A DNA stretch of 64,000 nt, from positions 32,001 to 96,000 of the IMG/VR virus record IMGVR_UViG_3300020442_000009. One strand, given 5' to 3'. Shown here piece after piece: positions 56,226-64,000 of this stretch. Below the pieces are notes generated by a model that made no database searches, was not told the DNA's origin, and saw nothing but the letters and a program-made list of their open reading frames with translations. The stretch is from a virus. Each line of letters begins with the position of its first letter. Position 1 is the first letter of the stretch. The position numbers and the translations under genes were made by a program.

Positions 56226-57165
56226 TATAGTAGGATTTCATCCAATCAATTGTCTTCTGTACTCCACTGTCTAAATCAATAGTATTTTGATGGTCTAAGT
56301 CTCTAATGGCTTTATCCACATTAACAAATTTATGTTTTGTTGTTAAGATTTCAGATTCTTCAATGTATTCAACTAATTTAGGATTTGCATTAGTATGTTT
56401 TAAAACTAACTTAGCTAGTTCTTCTATCGTATGAGTTGTGTTGCTAGCTATATTATAGGATTCACCAGAAATAAAATTATTGGAAATGTTAGCTAGTGTT
56501 GTAGCTGTATCGTATATGTAGGTACTTGTTCTGCTATGTCCCTTATATACTTTAATTGGTTTGGAGTGTAACAAATTGTAGCAAAAAACACAATTAACAC
56601 TCCTAAATGGGTGAAACCATTCTCCGTCTCCATAAGTATTAAATATACGCACAAAAACACTTTCTGTATCATGCATAATTTGAGAGTTTTTTATTTGCAT
56701 TTCATTAACTCTTTTACTCATTGCATAATCATTCATTTGATGAATTGAAACTTTATCAATTACATCTTCATACATAATATCGCTATAGTCTCCATAAACT
56801 TCCGATGAAGAGATATGCACTAGTTTGAAATTTTTTTGTTCTTGTAGTCGAATAATGTTTTTTAAGCCTATCGCATTACTTTTCCAGACTTGTTCGTAGA
56901 AGTGTTCTCCGTTCCACCTACCAAATTCTGCGGCGCAATTATATACTAAATCTGGATTAACATAGTTTATAACTGTTTCGATCTGCCTATATTCACTGAT
57001 ATCGCATCTAAAGAAATCATCATTGGCGACAGAGCCTAAACCATGACCGTAATTTTTATCAGAATGAATTTTGTCTATTCCGAAAACTGAGTGACCTCTG
57101 CTTTTTAATATTTCTGAGAGTTTGCTACCTACAACTCCAAGTGATCCTGTTACTAATATTTTCAT
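56218..57165 (-). CDS. NAD-dependent sugar epimerase/dehydratase
   Basis: VTGSLGVVG, SSSEVYG, YAMSK, RIFNTYG. Confidence 0.88.
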   Translation of the reverse strand: MKILVTGSLGVVGSKLSEILKSRGHSVFGIDKIHSDKNYGHGLGSVANDDFFRCDISEYRQIETVINYVNPDLVYNCAAEFGRWNGEHFYEQVWKSNAIGLKNIIRLQEQKNFKLVHISSSEVYGDYSDIMYEDVIDKVSIHQMNDYAMSKRVNEMQIKNSQIMHDTESVFVRIFNTYGDGEWFHPFRSVNCVFCYNLLHSKPIKVYKGHSRTSTYIYDTATTLANISNNFISGESYNIASNTTHTIEELAKLVLKHTNANPKLVEYIEESEILTTKHKFVNVDKAIRDLDHQNTIDLDSGVQKTIDWMKSYYNV

Positions 57166-57794
57166 TATTGTGTGCCGTTTATTTCAGCGGTATCAAAACC
57201 TCCGCTAGTTAAAGATTTTTCGTGTTTTAAATATTTATAAAGAGGTAGGTTTAAATATTCAACATCAAAATGTTTGTCAAACCTATCTCGAAGCTCAACT
57301 TCTTCGCCAACTCTTTGGGTTGAGTATCCGCCAACAAACTCCAAGCAATCTAGCCTGAATAATATTCCGCATGCTATTGGGTGTTGTTTTGCATTTTTTC
57401 TAGCAATAATTTCTTCATTAAAATTGACTTCAATGTAATCACAAGCAATTGCATGAGACTTATTATAATGAGCATGACTGTAAAGGAATAATAAAAAGTT
57501 TTCATTAATGTAGTCATCTGCATCAACTCTTACGACATATGGAGATCTGCACTCAGATAAGCCCCTATTACAGCTATGACCTAAACCTAAGTTTTCTTCA
57601 TTAAAAATTACTCTAATATTTTCTTTATTGTTCCAATAATTTAATTGAGAACAACTATTATCACTACTCTTGTCGTCAATTATTATAATCTCATACTCAT
57701 CTTTTTTGAAGTTTTGATCTAAGCAGGATCTTATACAACGATTGATGTATCTAGCGTAGTTGTAATTAGTGATTAATATTGAAACTTTTTTCAT
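57165..57794 (-). CDS. GT2 glycosyltransferase
   Basis: VSILITNYNY, IDDKSSD, VDADD. Confidence 0.9.
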   Translation of the reverse strand: MKKVSILITNYNYARYINRCIRSCLDQNFKKDEYEIIIIDDKSSDNSCSQLNYWNNKENIRVIFNEENLGLGHSCNRGLSECRSPYVVRVDADDYINENFLLFLYSHAHYNKSHAIACDYIEVNFNEEIIARKNAKQHPIACGILFRLDCLEFVGGYSTQRVGEEVELRDRFDKHFDVEYLNLPLYKYLKHEKSLTSGGFDTAEINGTQ

Positions 57795-58731
57795 TTAATA
57801 TATAGTCAATTATATTATCTGTTCCGTTAGGTGTGAGATTATCGTTGAGGAAAATATTACTATCTTCTTTATTAGGATTCTCGCTGGAAGAGTATGGTAA
57901 GATGTGACTTTTGTGTTGATTAAAATAATTTAATGTATAATTACAGTGAGAGTCTGAATAAAGTGCATATGTTTTGCAGCCCATAACTTTAGCTATAGTA
58001 ATTAAGCTAGAAGGGAACCAGAAGTATGCATGGCTTATACTGTTAAATAAATCGTAAAAATTATCAGATGAAAAATCTTTATCTATTGATTCTAAGTTTC
58101 CTAGCTTCATTGGACCTAGAACCTTTCCTTTAAACTTTACATGGTCATGTTTATCGCAAATAGTTTTTAATTTTTCCTCTATGCTAACAGACCAAGGTTT
58201 TGTTCCTTCTGCTTTGGTTCCAAAAATTACAGCACTGTTGGTTTTATTTGATTTAATTTCTCTACTAGCAAAATAATGGTCAATTCTTGGGCTACCAAGT
58301 GCCGGAACAGTTTCTGGTTTACAGCCAAATTTAATCATTAAATCTTTGCCCACATTACCCCAAGTTGGGTGAGAGATTGATCCCTGTAGGTTACCTCTGT
58401 AATGGCCAACTCCATAGTAAAGCATGGGTGAGCCATGCTCTGTTGTAATGACGGGGATACCTTTTGATGAAAATTCTTTTGATAAATTTAATCCAGTACC
58501 CCACCAACATTGATTTAATATTACTAATTTTGGTTGAGGTAAATCCCCTTTTCTTATCTTACTTAAGTTGTGTAGTCCTTGATGTCTCTTTGCCTCTTCT
58601 GATATACCGGGTCCTTGGTGGCTAAATTCAGCATCAAGATAGCAATTAATATTTTTTTCTTTTAGTTTAAGATATAGTGGATATAAATTCTCGAAAGAAT
58701 AAATGTATGGATCTGAAAATAAATATATCAT
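57766..58731 (-). CDS. putative GT-B transferase (candidate nonulosonate transferase)
   Basis: TEHG, WG, LGSPRID, SS motifs; lies in the neu cluster. Confidence 0.45.
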   Translation of the reverse strand: MIYLFSDPYIYSFENLYPLYLKLKEKNINCYLDAEFSHQGPGISEEAKRHQGLHNLSKIRKGDLPQPKLVILNQCWWGTGLNLSKEFSSKGIPVITTEHGSPMLYYGVGHYRGNLQGSISHPTWGNVGKDLMIKFGCKPETVPALGSPRIDHYFASREIKSNKTNSAVIFGTKAEGTKPWSVSIEEKLKTICDKHDHVKFKGKVLGPMKLGNLESIDKDFSSDNFYDLFNSISHAYFWFPSSLITIAKVMGCKTYALYSDSHCNYTLNYFNQHKSHILPYSSSENPNKEDSNIFLNDNLTPNGTDNIIDYILNEKSFNINH

Positions 58732-59636
58732 GTATGGTCATGCCCGCATCCAGTTGTATCAAATCCAGATTCTTTTGTAAAGAAATCTTTTTTAGATACA
58801 GCTGAACTAAAATTTTCCCAATCTTTTTCAGGTCTAACTTTTAAGTTTAAATTCCAAGCGGACTTAAGTATTTCTGCGTCGACTCCAACACTATTCATTT
58901 TTACTATTAATGAGTTGATATCTTTGGGGAAGCATGTGCCTCCGAAGCCGGGTTTTCCATCATGGCCCGGAACTTGATAATGGCTTACTCCAATGCGGCC
59001 ATCAGATAAAGTTCCTTCAATAATTTTATCCCAATTTAAATCAAGTTTATCGCAGAGCAATTTGATTTGATTAAAATAACTAATTTTTACAGCAAAAAAA
59101 CAATTAGCTGCATATTTTACAGTTTCTGATTCATCAGAGGACATTAATATGCAGGCAACTCCGGGGAACCTTTCTTTGTAAAGATCTACTAAAAAACTTG
59201 GTCTGCCGTCTAGGTTGGTAAACTTTGATGAATGGCCTACTATATTTCTAGATGGTGTTATAAAGTCTAATTTGGCTGTCCTAGCTGTTAAAAATTCAGG
59301 TGAATGTACAATATTAAGTTCTGGATATTTTTCTTGAATTTTATTTGTAGTTCCAATTTCTACTGTAGATTTTATTACTAGTAAACTCTGCGTTTGTAGC
59401 TTAGATGCTTGAGTGAAAACATCTTCTATAATAGAAAGATCACATTTGCCTCCTTCGTTGATTAACATTGGTGTCGGAACACAAATGAAAACTATGTCTT
59501 GCTGTAAGACGTGTTCAATTAAGTCTATTGACTTTGATTCATCTTTGTCGTAAATTTTAACATCCGTATAGTGTTTAAACCCTTCGGCTATTGCTGAGCC
59601 AACAAATCCATTACCTATTATGCCTACGGTTTTCAT
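58728..59636 (-). CDS. ugd: UDP-glucose/GDP-mannose 6-dehydrogenase (short form)
   Basis: GIIGNGFVG, CVPTP, KSTV, SPEFL, GFGGTCFPKD. Confidence 0.88.
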   Translation of the reverse strand: MKTVGIIGNGFVGSAIAEGFKHYTDVKIYDKDESKSIDLIEHVLQQDIVFICVPTPMLINEGGKCDLSIIEDVFTQASKLQTQSLLVIKSTVEIGTTNKIQEKYPELNIVHSPEFLTARTAKLDFITPSRNIVGHSSKFTNLDGRPSFLVDLYKERFPGVACILMSSDESETVKYAANCFFAVKISYFNQIKLLCDKLDLNWDKIIEGTLSDGRIGVSHYQVPGHDGKPGFGGTCFPKDINSLIVKMNSVGVDAEILKSAWNLNLKVRPEKDWENFSSAVSKKDFFTKESGFDTTGCGHDHT

Positions 59637-60253
59637 TGTATTTCTTCGTAGAGTTTATTTTGTTTTATTTGTTTTTTAAGTGTTTTCTCGTGAGTTAGTG
59701 CATACTCAGGAGTAGCTGGTAGTTGAGTTCCAGTATTTGCACCAATAATGCTTTCGTGGACTGGGTTTATCCACTTGATGTTGAAGTTGTTTTTAAAAAT
59801 TCTGTACTGATAGTCTGGCCAATTAATCCAACCCTGAGAATTTAAATTCCAGTTCCATTTTTCTACATGCTCATAATCTATGTCTTCTACAGTATTAATT
59901 CTTGGTACTAAAAATAATTCTATATCTAAATTAGATTCTATAATTTTATGTAAATTTTTAACAGTCTCTAGCGAAGGTACTTCATCTGCATCTATTTGAA
60001 ATATATAATCTCCACCACATAGCGATTTAAGGTTGTTTTTAAAAGATGCGAAATCATTATTTAAATTAAATTCATTTTTAGTTAAATTAAATTTTTCTAT
60101 TACTTTTGTTACTTTTTTAGTATGATTTTCTTTATCTACTTGTACAACTATTTCATCTTGCTTTCTTTTATGTTCGCTTAGGAAGGTTAGGAGTTTATCT
60201 AATTCCTCGTGTTCGTTGCAGGCTGTGACAGCAAAAGAGATTTTGAAATTCAT
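59633..60253 (-). CDS. GT2 glycosyltransferase
   Basis: ACNE, FASFKN, FQIDADE, WPDYQYR, VHE. Confidence 0.85.
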   Translation of the reverse strand: MNFKISFAVTACNEHEELDKLLTFLSEHKRKQDEIVVQVDKENHTKKVTKVIEKFNLTKNEFNLNNDFASFKNNLKSLCGGDYIFQIDADEVPSLETVKNLHKIIESNLDIELFLVPRINTVEDIDYEHVEKWNWNLNSQGWINWPDYQYRIFKNNFNIKWINPVHESIIGANTGTQLPATPEYALTHEKTLKKQIKQNKLYEEIQ

Positions 60254-60259
60254 AATTAA

Positions 60260-61099
60260 CTATACTAAATTAAAGTTTCCTGTTTTCCATAGAAATCTAT
60301 TCCAAGGATTTGATAAAAGTTTTTTTTGTTTTTCTACAACTAAATTCTCATAATCCCATTGTGATTGATTTACTGTAACCGATGGTTGGATGCTTGGTAT
60401 TAAGAATATTTTTCCATATTTTACAAGTGAGTCACATAACGAAAAATGTTCAGACTCCCCCTTTGAGTTCCACTTACAATTAAAAAGATGTTTGGATTTT
60501 AAAAATGCGAATCCACCAAACGCTCTAGAAACTTCTATTGGTTGTTGTGATTCAAATTTTTCCCTATCTTCTTCTTCGTAAAACGGATTATCACTCCAAG
60601 TCATACAGTTAATTCCGTTTGTGTCAAATAATATTGAGCTATCGTAGTAGGAAGTGTCGCAACCACTACCCATTTTGCAGGGAACATTCTGCCTTATATT
60701 TGGAGTAAGCATTGAGAAATCTAGATCTTTGAATTTTAAAAAATCATTTACTATCTCAGGGTAAAAAACTACATCACTATCGAGTATAATTGAAAAATCT
60801 GAGTCTGAATTTGAACCTAAGTCTAACATCTTGTTTCTGATGTTGGACATATGTATCATTCTTTCTGTATGTAATGTAGATCCAAACTTCTCAGCATTGA
60901 GCATTTCAGATTGTATTTTAATTTTTCTACCCTTAGACCATTGATTTAAAATTTCTACAGTTTTATCTTTTGAATCGTTTTCATAAAAAAAATATTCAAA
61001 CTCAGATTTAGTACATTTCTCAACTGAATCCAGCATGGATAGTGTGTCTTTTATTGTTTTTTCTGAATCCCTAAATAAACTAAATATGGATATTTTCAT
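60260..61099 (-). CDS. GT-A glycosyltransferase (Anp1/CAP59-like)
   Basis: FYENDSKDKT, MSNIRN, LDSD, YYD, RAFGG, EH. Confidence 0.65.
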   Translation of the reverse strand: MKISIFSLFRDSEKTIKDTLSMLDSVEKCTKSEFEYFFYENDSKDKTVEILNQWSKGRKIKIQSEMLNAEKFGSTLHTERMIHMSNIRNKMLDLGSNSDSDFSIILDSDVVFYPEIVNDFLKFKDLDFSMLTPNIRQNVPCKMGSGCDTSYYDSSILFDTNGINCMTWSDNPFYEEEDREKFESQQPIEVSRAFGGFAFLKSKHLFNCKWNSKGESEHFSLCDSLVKYGKIFLIPSIQPSVTVNQSQWDYENLVVEKQKKLLSNPWNRFLWKTGNFNLV

Positions 61100-61235
61100 T
61101 TTTTTCTTGATTTTTTTTTAACTAATGTTATAATAATATTTCAATTGACTATATATAGACAAATTATAATTAAATTATATAAATATATAACCAATATAAA
61201 ATACGAAGTATTTTGTTTTCACAATAAAAACATTC

Positions 61236-61264
61236 TTGACATTTAAACCGAAATGTGGCATAAT
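61236..61264 (+). promoter_or_regulatory. sigma-70-type promoter TTGACA-17-CATAAT, likely leaderless
   Basis: -35 at 61236-61241, -10 at 61259-61264, 6 nt before ATG 61271. Confidence 0.78.
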
Positions 61265-61270
61265 GGACGG

Positions 61271-61585
61271 ATGAATAAAAAATCGCAAATTAAAAATTTC
61301 AAAGTTTCTTGCTCTGGTTGGGAGATAGATGTTGATTCAGACTCTTTTGAGTCTGCAGCCTTATCTGGTTTAATCATTGCTTTTAAAAAATTTAATTCTA
61401 ATTTACTACTTTCAACTACAATAATGGTATCAGATGTAAAATTTTCAACAAAAAATCTAATAGATAGTTCCGAGTTTTTCTCTACTGAAAAAATGCTTAG
61501 AAAACTAGGTCTTGATTACCTGTCTGAAGGTTTATCTATTATATCAAGGGCTAAACTAGAAAAGGAGCTTTCAGTTGCATCTTAA
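61271..61585 (+). CDS. hypothetical protein
   Basis: Start moved to ATG 61271 because the upstream GTG lies inside the promoter. Confidence 0.7.
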   Translation: MNKKSQIKNFKVSCSGWEIDVDSDSFESAALSGLIIAFKKFNSNLLLSTTIMVSDVKFSTKNLIDSSEFFSTEKMLRKLGLDYLSEGLSIISRAKLEKELSVAS

Positions 61586-62102
61586 AGTTTTAGATAATCA
61601 AGGCATTATTCATCAGCCAGCTAATGGCTCTGATGACGTTGGTTACGATATAGTTGCTCAGGATTACCCTGAAATAGTTGGTAATATATATCAAGGACCT
61701 TATTATTCTTTTATATCTCACTTAGTTTACAAAACTGAAATATATTTAGAACCTGATAGTGATTACTACATGCTTCTTTATCCTAGATCTAGCATAATTA
61801 AAACAAATTTAGTTTTAGCAAATTCTGTAGGAGTAATTGATCCCGGATACAGGGGAGAAATTAAGGTATGCTTTAAATATATATCCCAACCTGAAGATCA
61901 AAAAATAGTAGAAGGTAAAACTGTAGCAGGGGTGAAGGCAAAAGGCATAGTTACATCTATAAATCCACAAAGAATATATCACGAAGGAGATAAGATAGCT
62001 CAATTAGTACCTACTAAAATAAACCCTTTAACAATAAAAAAAGTAAATCAACTTTCGGAAACTAAAAGGTCTGATGGAGGATTTGGTAGCACTGGAAAAT
62101 AA
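61575..62102 (+). CDS. dut: trimeric dUTPase
   Basis: GYD, PRSS, NSVGVIDPGYRGEI, KIAQLV, RSDGGFGSTG. Confidence 0.93.
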   Translation: MHLKVLDNQGIIHQPANGSDDVGYDIVAQDYPEIVGNIYQGPYYSFISHLVYKTEIYLEPDSDYYMLLYPRSSIIKTNLVLANSVGVIDPGYRGEIKVCFKYISQPEDQKIVEGKTVAGVKAKGIVTSINPQRIYHEGDKIAQLVPTKINPLTIKKVNQLSETKRSDGGFGSTGK

Positions 62103-62707
62103 TGGAATACTCAAAATTAACAGATGAAGAATTAGTAAAAAATATTCAGCAATCTATAAATGCTCAAGATTCTCTCAGAGAACTAGTCAATAGACACTCA
62201 GGGATATATCTAGATATGATTAATGGATATGTATCTACATTCAATAATAAATCAACTAAAGATGAAATGATAAAAGAAAAAGAATATCAAATATATTCTT
62301 CTGCACTTAAATTTAATCCAGACAAAGGAGCTAAGTTTAGTACATACCTAGGAAATGAAACTAAGTGGAAATGTTTAAATATGTATAATAAAAACAAAAG
62401 ACATCCATCTGTTCCTATTCAAGAAGAATTGATAGATTTTTTTAATTATAAATTCATAGAAGAACATCAAGCTGGCTCTCCGGCAGAGTTTAAAAATGAA
62501 ATTTTTGTAAATATAATGAAGCAAGCAAACAGTCACCCCGACTCAAGAGTTGGTAAGATTTTTAATCTTAGATATGTCGAGGGTAAAGATAATGGTGTCA
62601 TGCCTTGGAAAAATGTAAGCTCTAAATTAAAATTAAGTATTCAAGGATGTATCAATATACATAACTCAGCAATAAAACAATTTAAACAATCATTTAATAA
62701 AGAATAA
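62102..62707 (+). CDS. RNA polymerase sigma-70 family factor (phage sigma)
   Basis: TDEELV, KFNPDKGAKFSTY (region 2), IFNLRY and HTH-like region 4. Confidence 0.82.
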   Translation: MEYSKLTDEELVKNIQQSINAQDSLRELVNRHSGIYLDMINGYVSTFNNKSTKDEMIKEKEYQIYSSALKFNPDKGAKFSTYLGNETKWKCLNMYNKNKRHPSVPIQEELIDFFNYKFIEEHQAGSPAEFKNEIFVNIMKQANSHPDSRVGKIFNLRYVEGKDNGVMPWKNVSSKLKLSIQGCINIHNSAIKQFKQSFNKE

Positions 62708-62714
62708 ATAAATT

Positions 62715-63131
62715 ATGAATAAGTATATAGCATTAGGAAATCTTACAAAAGATCCAGAAACTAAAGAAGTTGGTGAATATAAAGTCACTACATTTGGCCT
62801 TGCGGTCAATGATATTGTTTACAAGAATAAGGAGAAGCAACAGCTTGTTACTTATATTGATATTGAAACTTGGGGGAAACAGGCAGAAAATTGTGCCAAA
62901 TACCTTGCAAAAGGCAAAAAGGTTTTGATTGAAGGTAAGTTAAGGTTGAATAGTTGGGAGAAAAATGGAGAAAAAAGAAGTAAAGTTTATTGCATTGGTG
63001 ATAAGGTTACTTTCTTAAACCAAGAACAGGGCTCTGATTCTCCAAAGTCTGCACCAAAAAAAGTAGAGTCACCAAAAGAAAATGTTGAAAATTCTGAAGA
63101 TGATGATATCATTGATGATATACCATTTTAA
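62715..63131 (+). CDS. ssb: single-stranded DNA-binding protein
   Basis: GNLTKDPE, WGKQAE, KGKKVLIEGKL, acidic tail DDIPF. Confidence 0.95.
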   Translation: MNKYIALGNLTKDPETKEVGEYKVTTFGLAVNDIVYKNKEKQQLVTYIDIETWGKQAENCAKYLAKGKKVLIEGKLRLNSWEKNGEKRSKVYCIGDKVTFLNQEQGSDSPKSAPKKVESPKENVENSEDDDIIDDIPF

Positions 63132-63133
63132 TT

Positions 63134-64000
63134 ATGCAAGATATTGTTTTCAAAGGTCCACTAAATTCTCTAAGTTTCGGTAATGTCACCTATAATTTCC
63201 TAAGGGAAATGTATAGGAAGCAAATGAATGTAGCAATATTCCCTATAGGGGATGACATAAAGCTAGATGCATTTGATAAAATTGATGAAAACTTTAAGAA
63301 GTGGATGGTGGAAAGAGTTCAAAATAGATTTCACCTAGTTAAAAAAGATATACCTACACTAACCATGTGGCATTTAAATGGATCTGAGCAAAGAATTACC
63401 CCAGATCAATATCTTTATACTTTCTATGAAACGAATGAACCAACTCTAGTTGAAAAATCCATCTGCGATCTTCAAAACAAAACTATTTTTAGCACAAATC
63501 ATGCATCTGATGCATTTAAAAAAGCTGGCTGCAATAACACTACCTCAATTCCAATTGGTTTTGATGAAGATTTTGAGCAAACAGGCAAAACATATCTTCC
63601 AAACAAAATCCACTTTGGTCTCATGGGTAAATTTGAGAAGAGAAAAAATACCGCAAACATTATAAAAGCTTGGATCAAGAAATACGGTAATGATTATAAT
63701 TATCAATTATCTTGCTGCATTACTAATCCTTTCTTCAAGCCCGAACAGATGAATCAAGTTATATCTCAAATTTTTGAGGGTAAAACTTACGGTAATGTAA
63801 ATTTCATTCCATATTTAAAAACTAATTCAGAAGTCAATGAATTTATGAATGCGGTTGACATAGACCTTACTGGTTTAAGTGGAGCAGAGGGGTGGAACTT
63901 GCCAGCATTTAATGCAACCTGTTTGGGCAAATGGAGTATTGTTATGAATCACACTTCCCATAAAGAGTGGGCAACTAAAGATAACTGTATATTAATTGAG
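63134..64000 (+). CDS. GT4-like glycosyltransferase, partial (runs off window end)
   Basis: Manual translation MQDIVFKGPLNSLSFGNV...MGKFEKRKN...SGAEGWNLPAFNATCLGKW. Confidence 0.8.
   Translation, partial: MQDIVFKGPLNSLSFGNVTYNFLREMYRKQMNVAIFPIGDDIKLDAFDKIDENFKKWMVERVQNRFHLVKKDIPTLTMWHLNGSEQRITPDQYLYTFYETNEPTLVEKSICDLQNKTIFSTNHASDAFKKAGCNNTTSIPIGFDEDFEQTGKTYLPNKIHFGLMGKFEKRKNTANIIKAWIKKYGNDYNYQLSCCITNPFFKPEQMNQVISQIFEGKTYGNVNFIPYLKTNSEVNEFMNAVDIDLTGLSGAEGWNLPAFNATCLGKWSIVMNHTSHKEWATKDNCILIE

Noticed and set aside
3227-60581. Many 60-130 aa antisense or nested ORFs in the track (e.g. 3227, 3956, 7100, 14729, 26298, 33046)
   Set aside because: Shadows of long genuine genes on the other strand or frame, with no motifs
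63450-63665. 71-aa ORF
   Set aside because: Out-of-frame shadow inside the partial GT4-like gene starting at 63134
1-64000. Alternative genetic code (stop reassignment)
   Set aside because: Conserved genes are full length in code 11, and TAA, TAG and TGA all end genes at tight junctions
1-64000. Bacterial chromosome with a capsule/LPS locus
   Set aside because: No ribosomal, envelope-export or central housekeeping operons, and phage-type gene order; not formally excluded because no capsid or terminase gene is in the window

Overview
AT-rich, densely coding 64-kb segment that reads as part of a large (probably jumbo) tailed-phage genome rather than a bacterial chromosome. It has a phage-style replication/repair set (split DnaE, DEDDh exonuclease, primase, DnaB, RecA, PD-(D/E)XK nuclease, SSB, UvsE), nucleotide genes (NrdA/NrdB, GuaC, dUTPase, NUDIX), a sigma-70-family factor, Hsp20 and marine-phage-type hypotheticals, and no ribosomal or core housekeeping operons. 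About half the window is glycan-modification genes (two GT60-like, two GT90, two GT61, several GT2, an HtrL fusion, a sulfotransferase, methyltransferases, NeuA/NeuB, WecB, GDP-mannose 3,5-epimerase, Ugd). Most notable: (1) an intact exported DUF1549/DUF1553 (CxxCH) + Tat-DUF1501 operon, a PVC-superphylum hallmark, suggesting a Verrucomicrobia/Planctomycetes/Lentisphaerae host; (2) a complete tmRNA with a long basic tag ending LAA, one gene away from a ClpA/C unfoldase; (3) two promoter classes visible in the DNA: near-consensus sigma-70 promoters implying leaderless mRNAs, and a GTGTA motif 9-12 nt before many start codons; (4) a bipartite motif repeated three times with identical spacing; (5) a tyrosyl-radical-free, class Ic-like NrdB; (6) an orphan Cys-rich operon embedded among protein-O-glycosyltransferase-like genes. 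All product calls come from motif recognition by eye; no searches were run.
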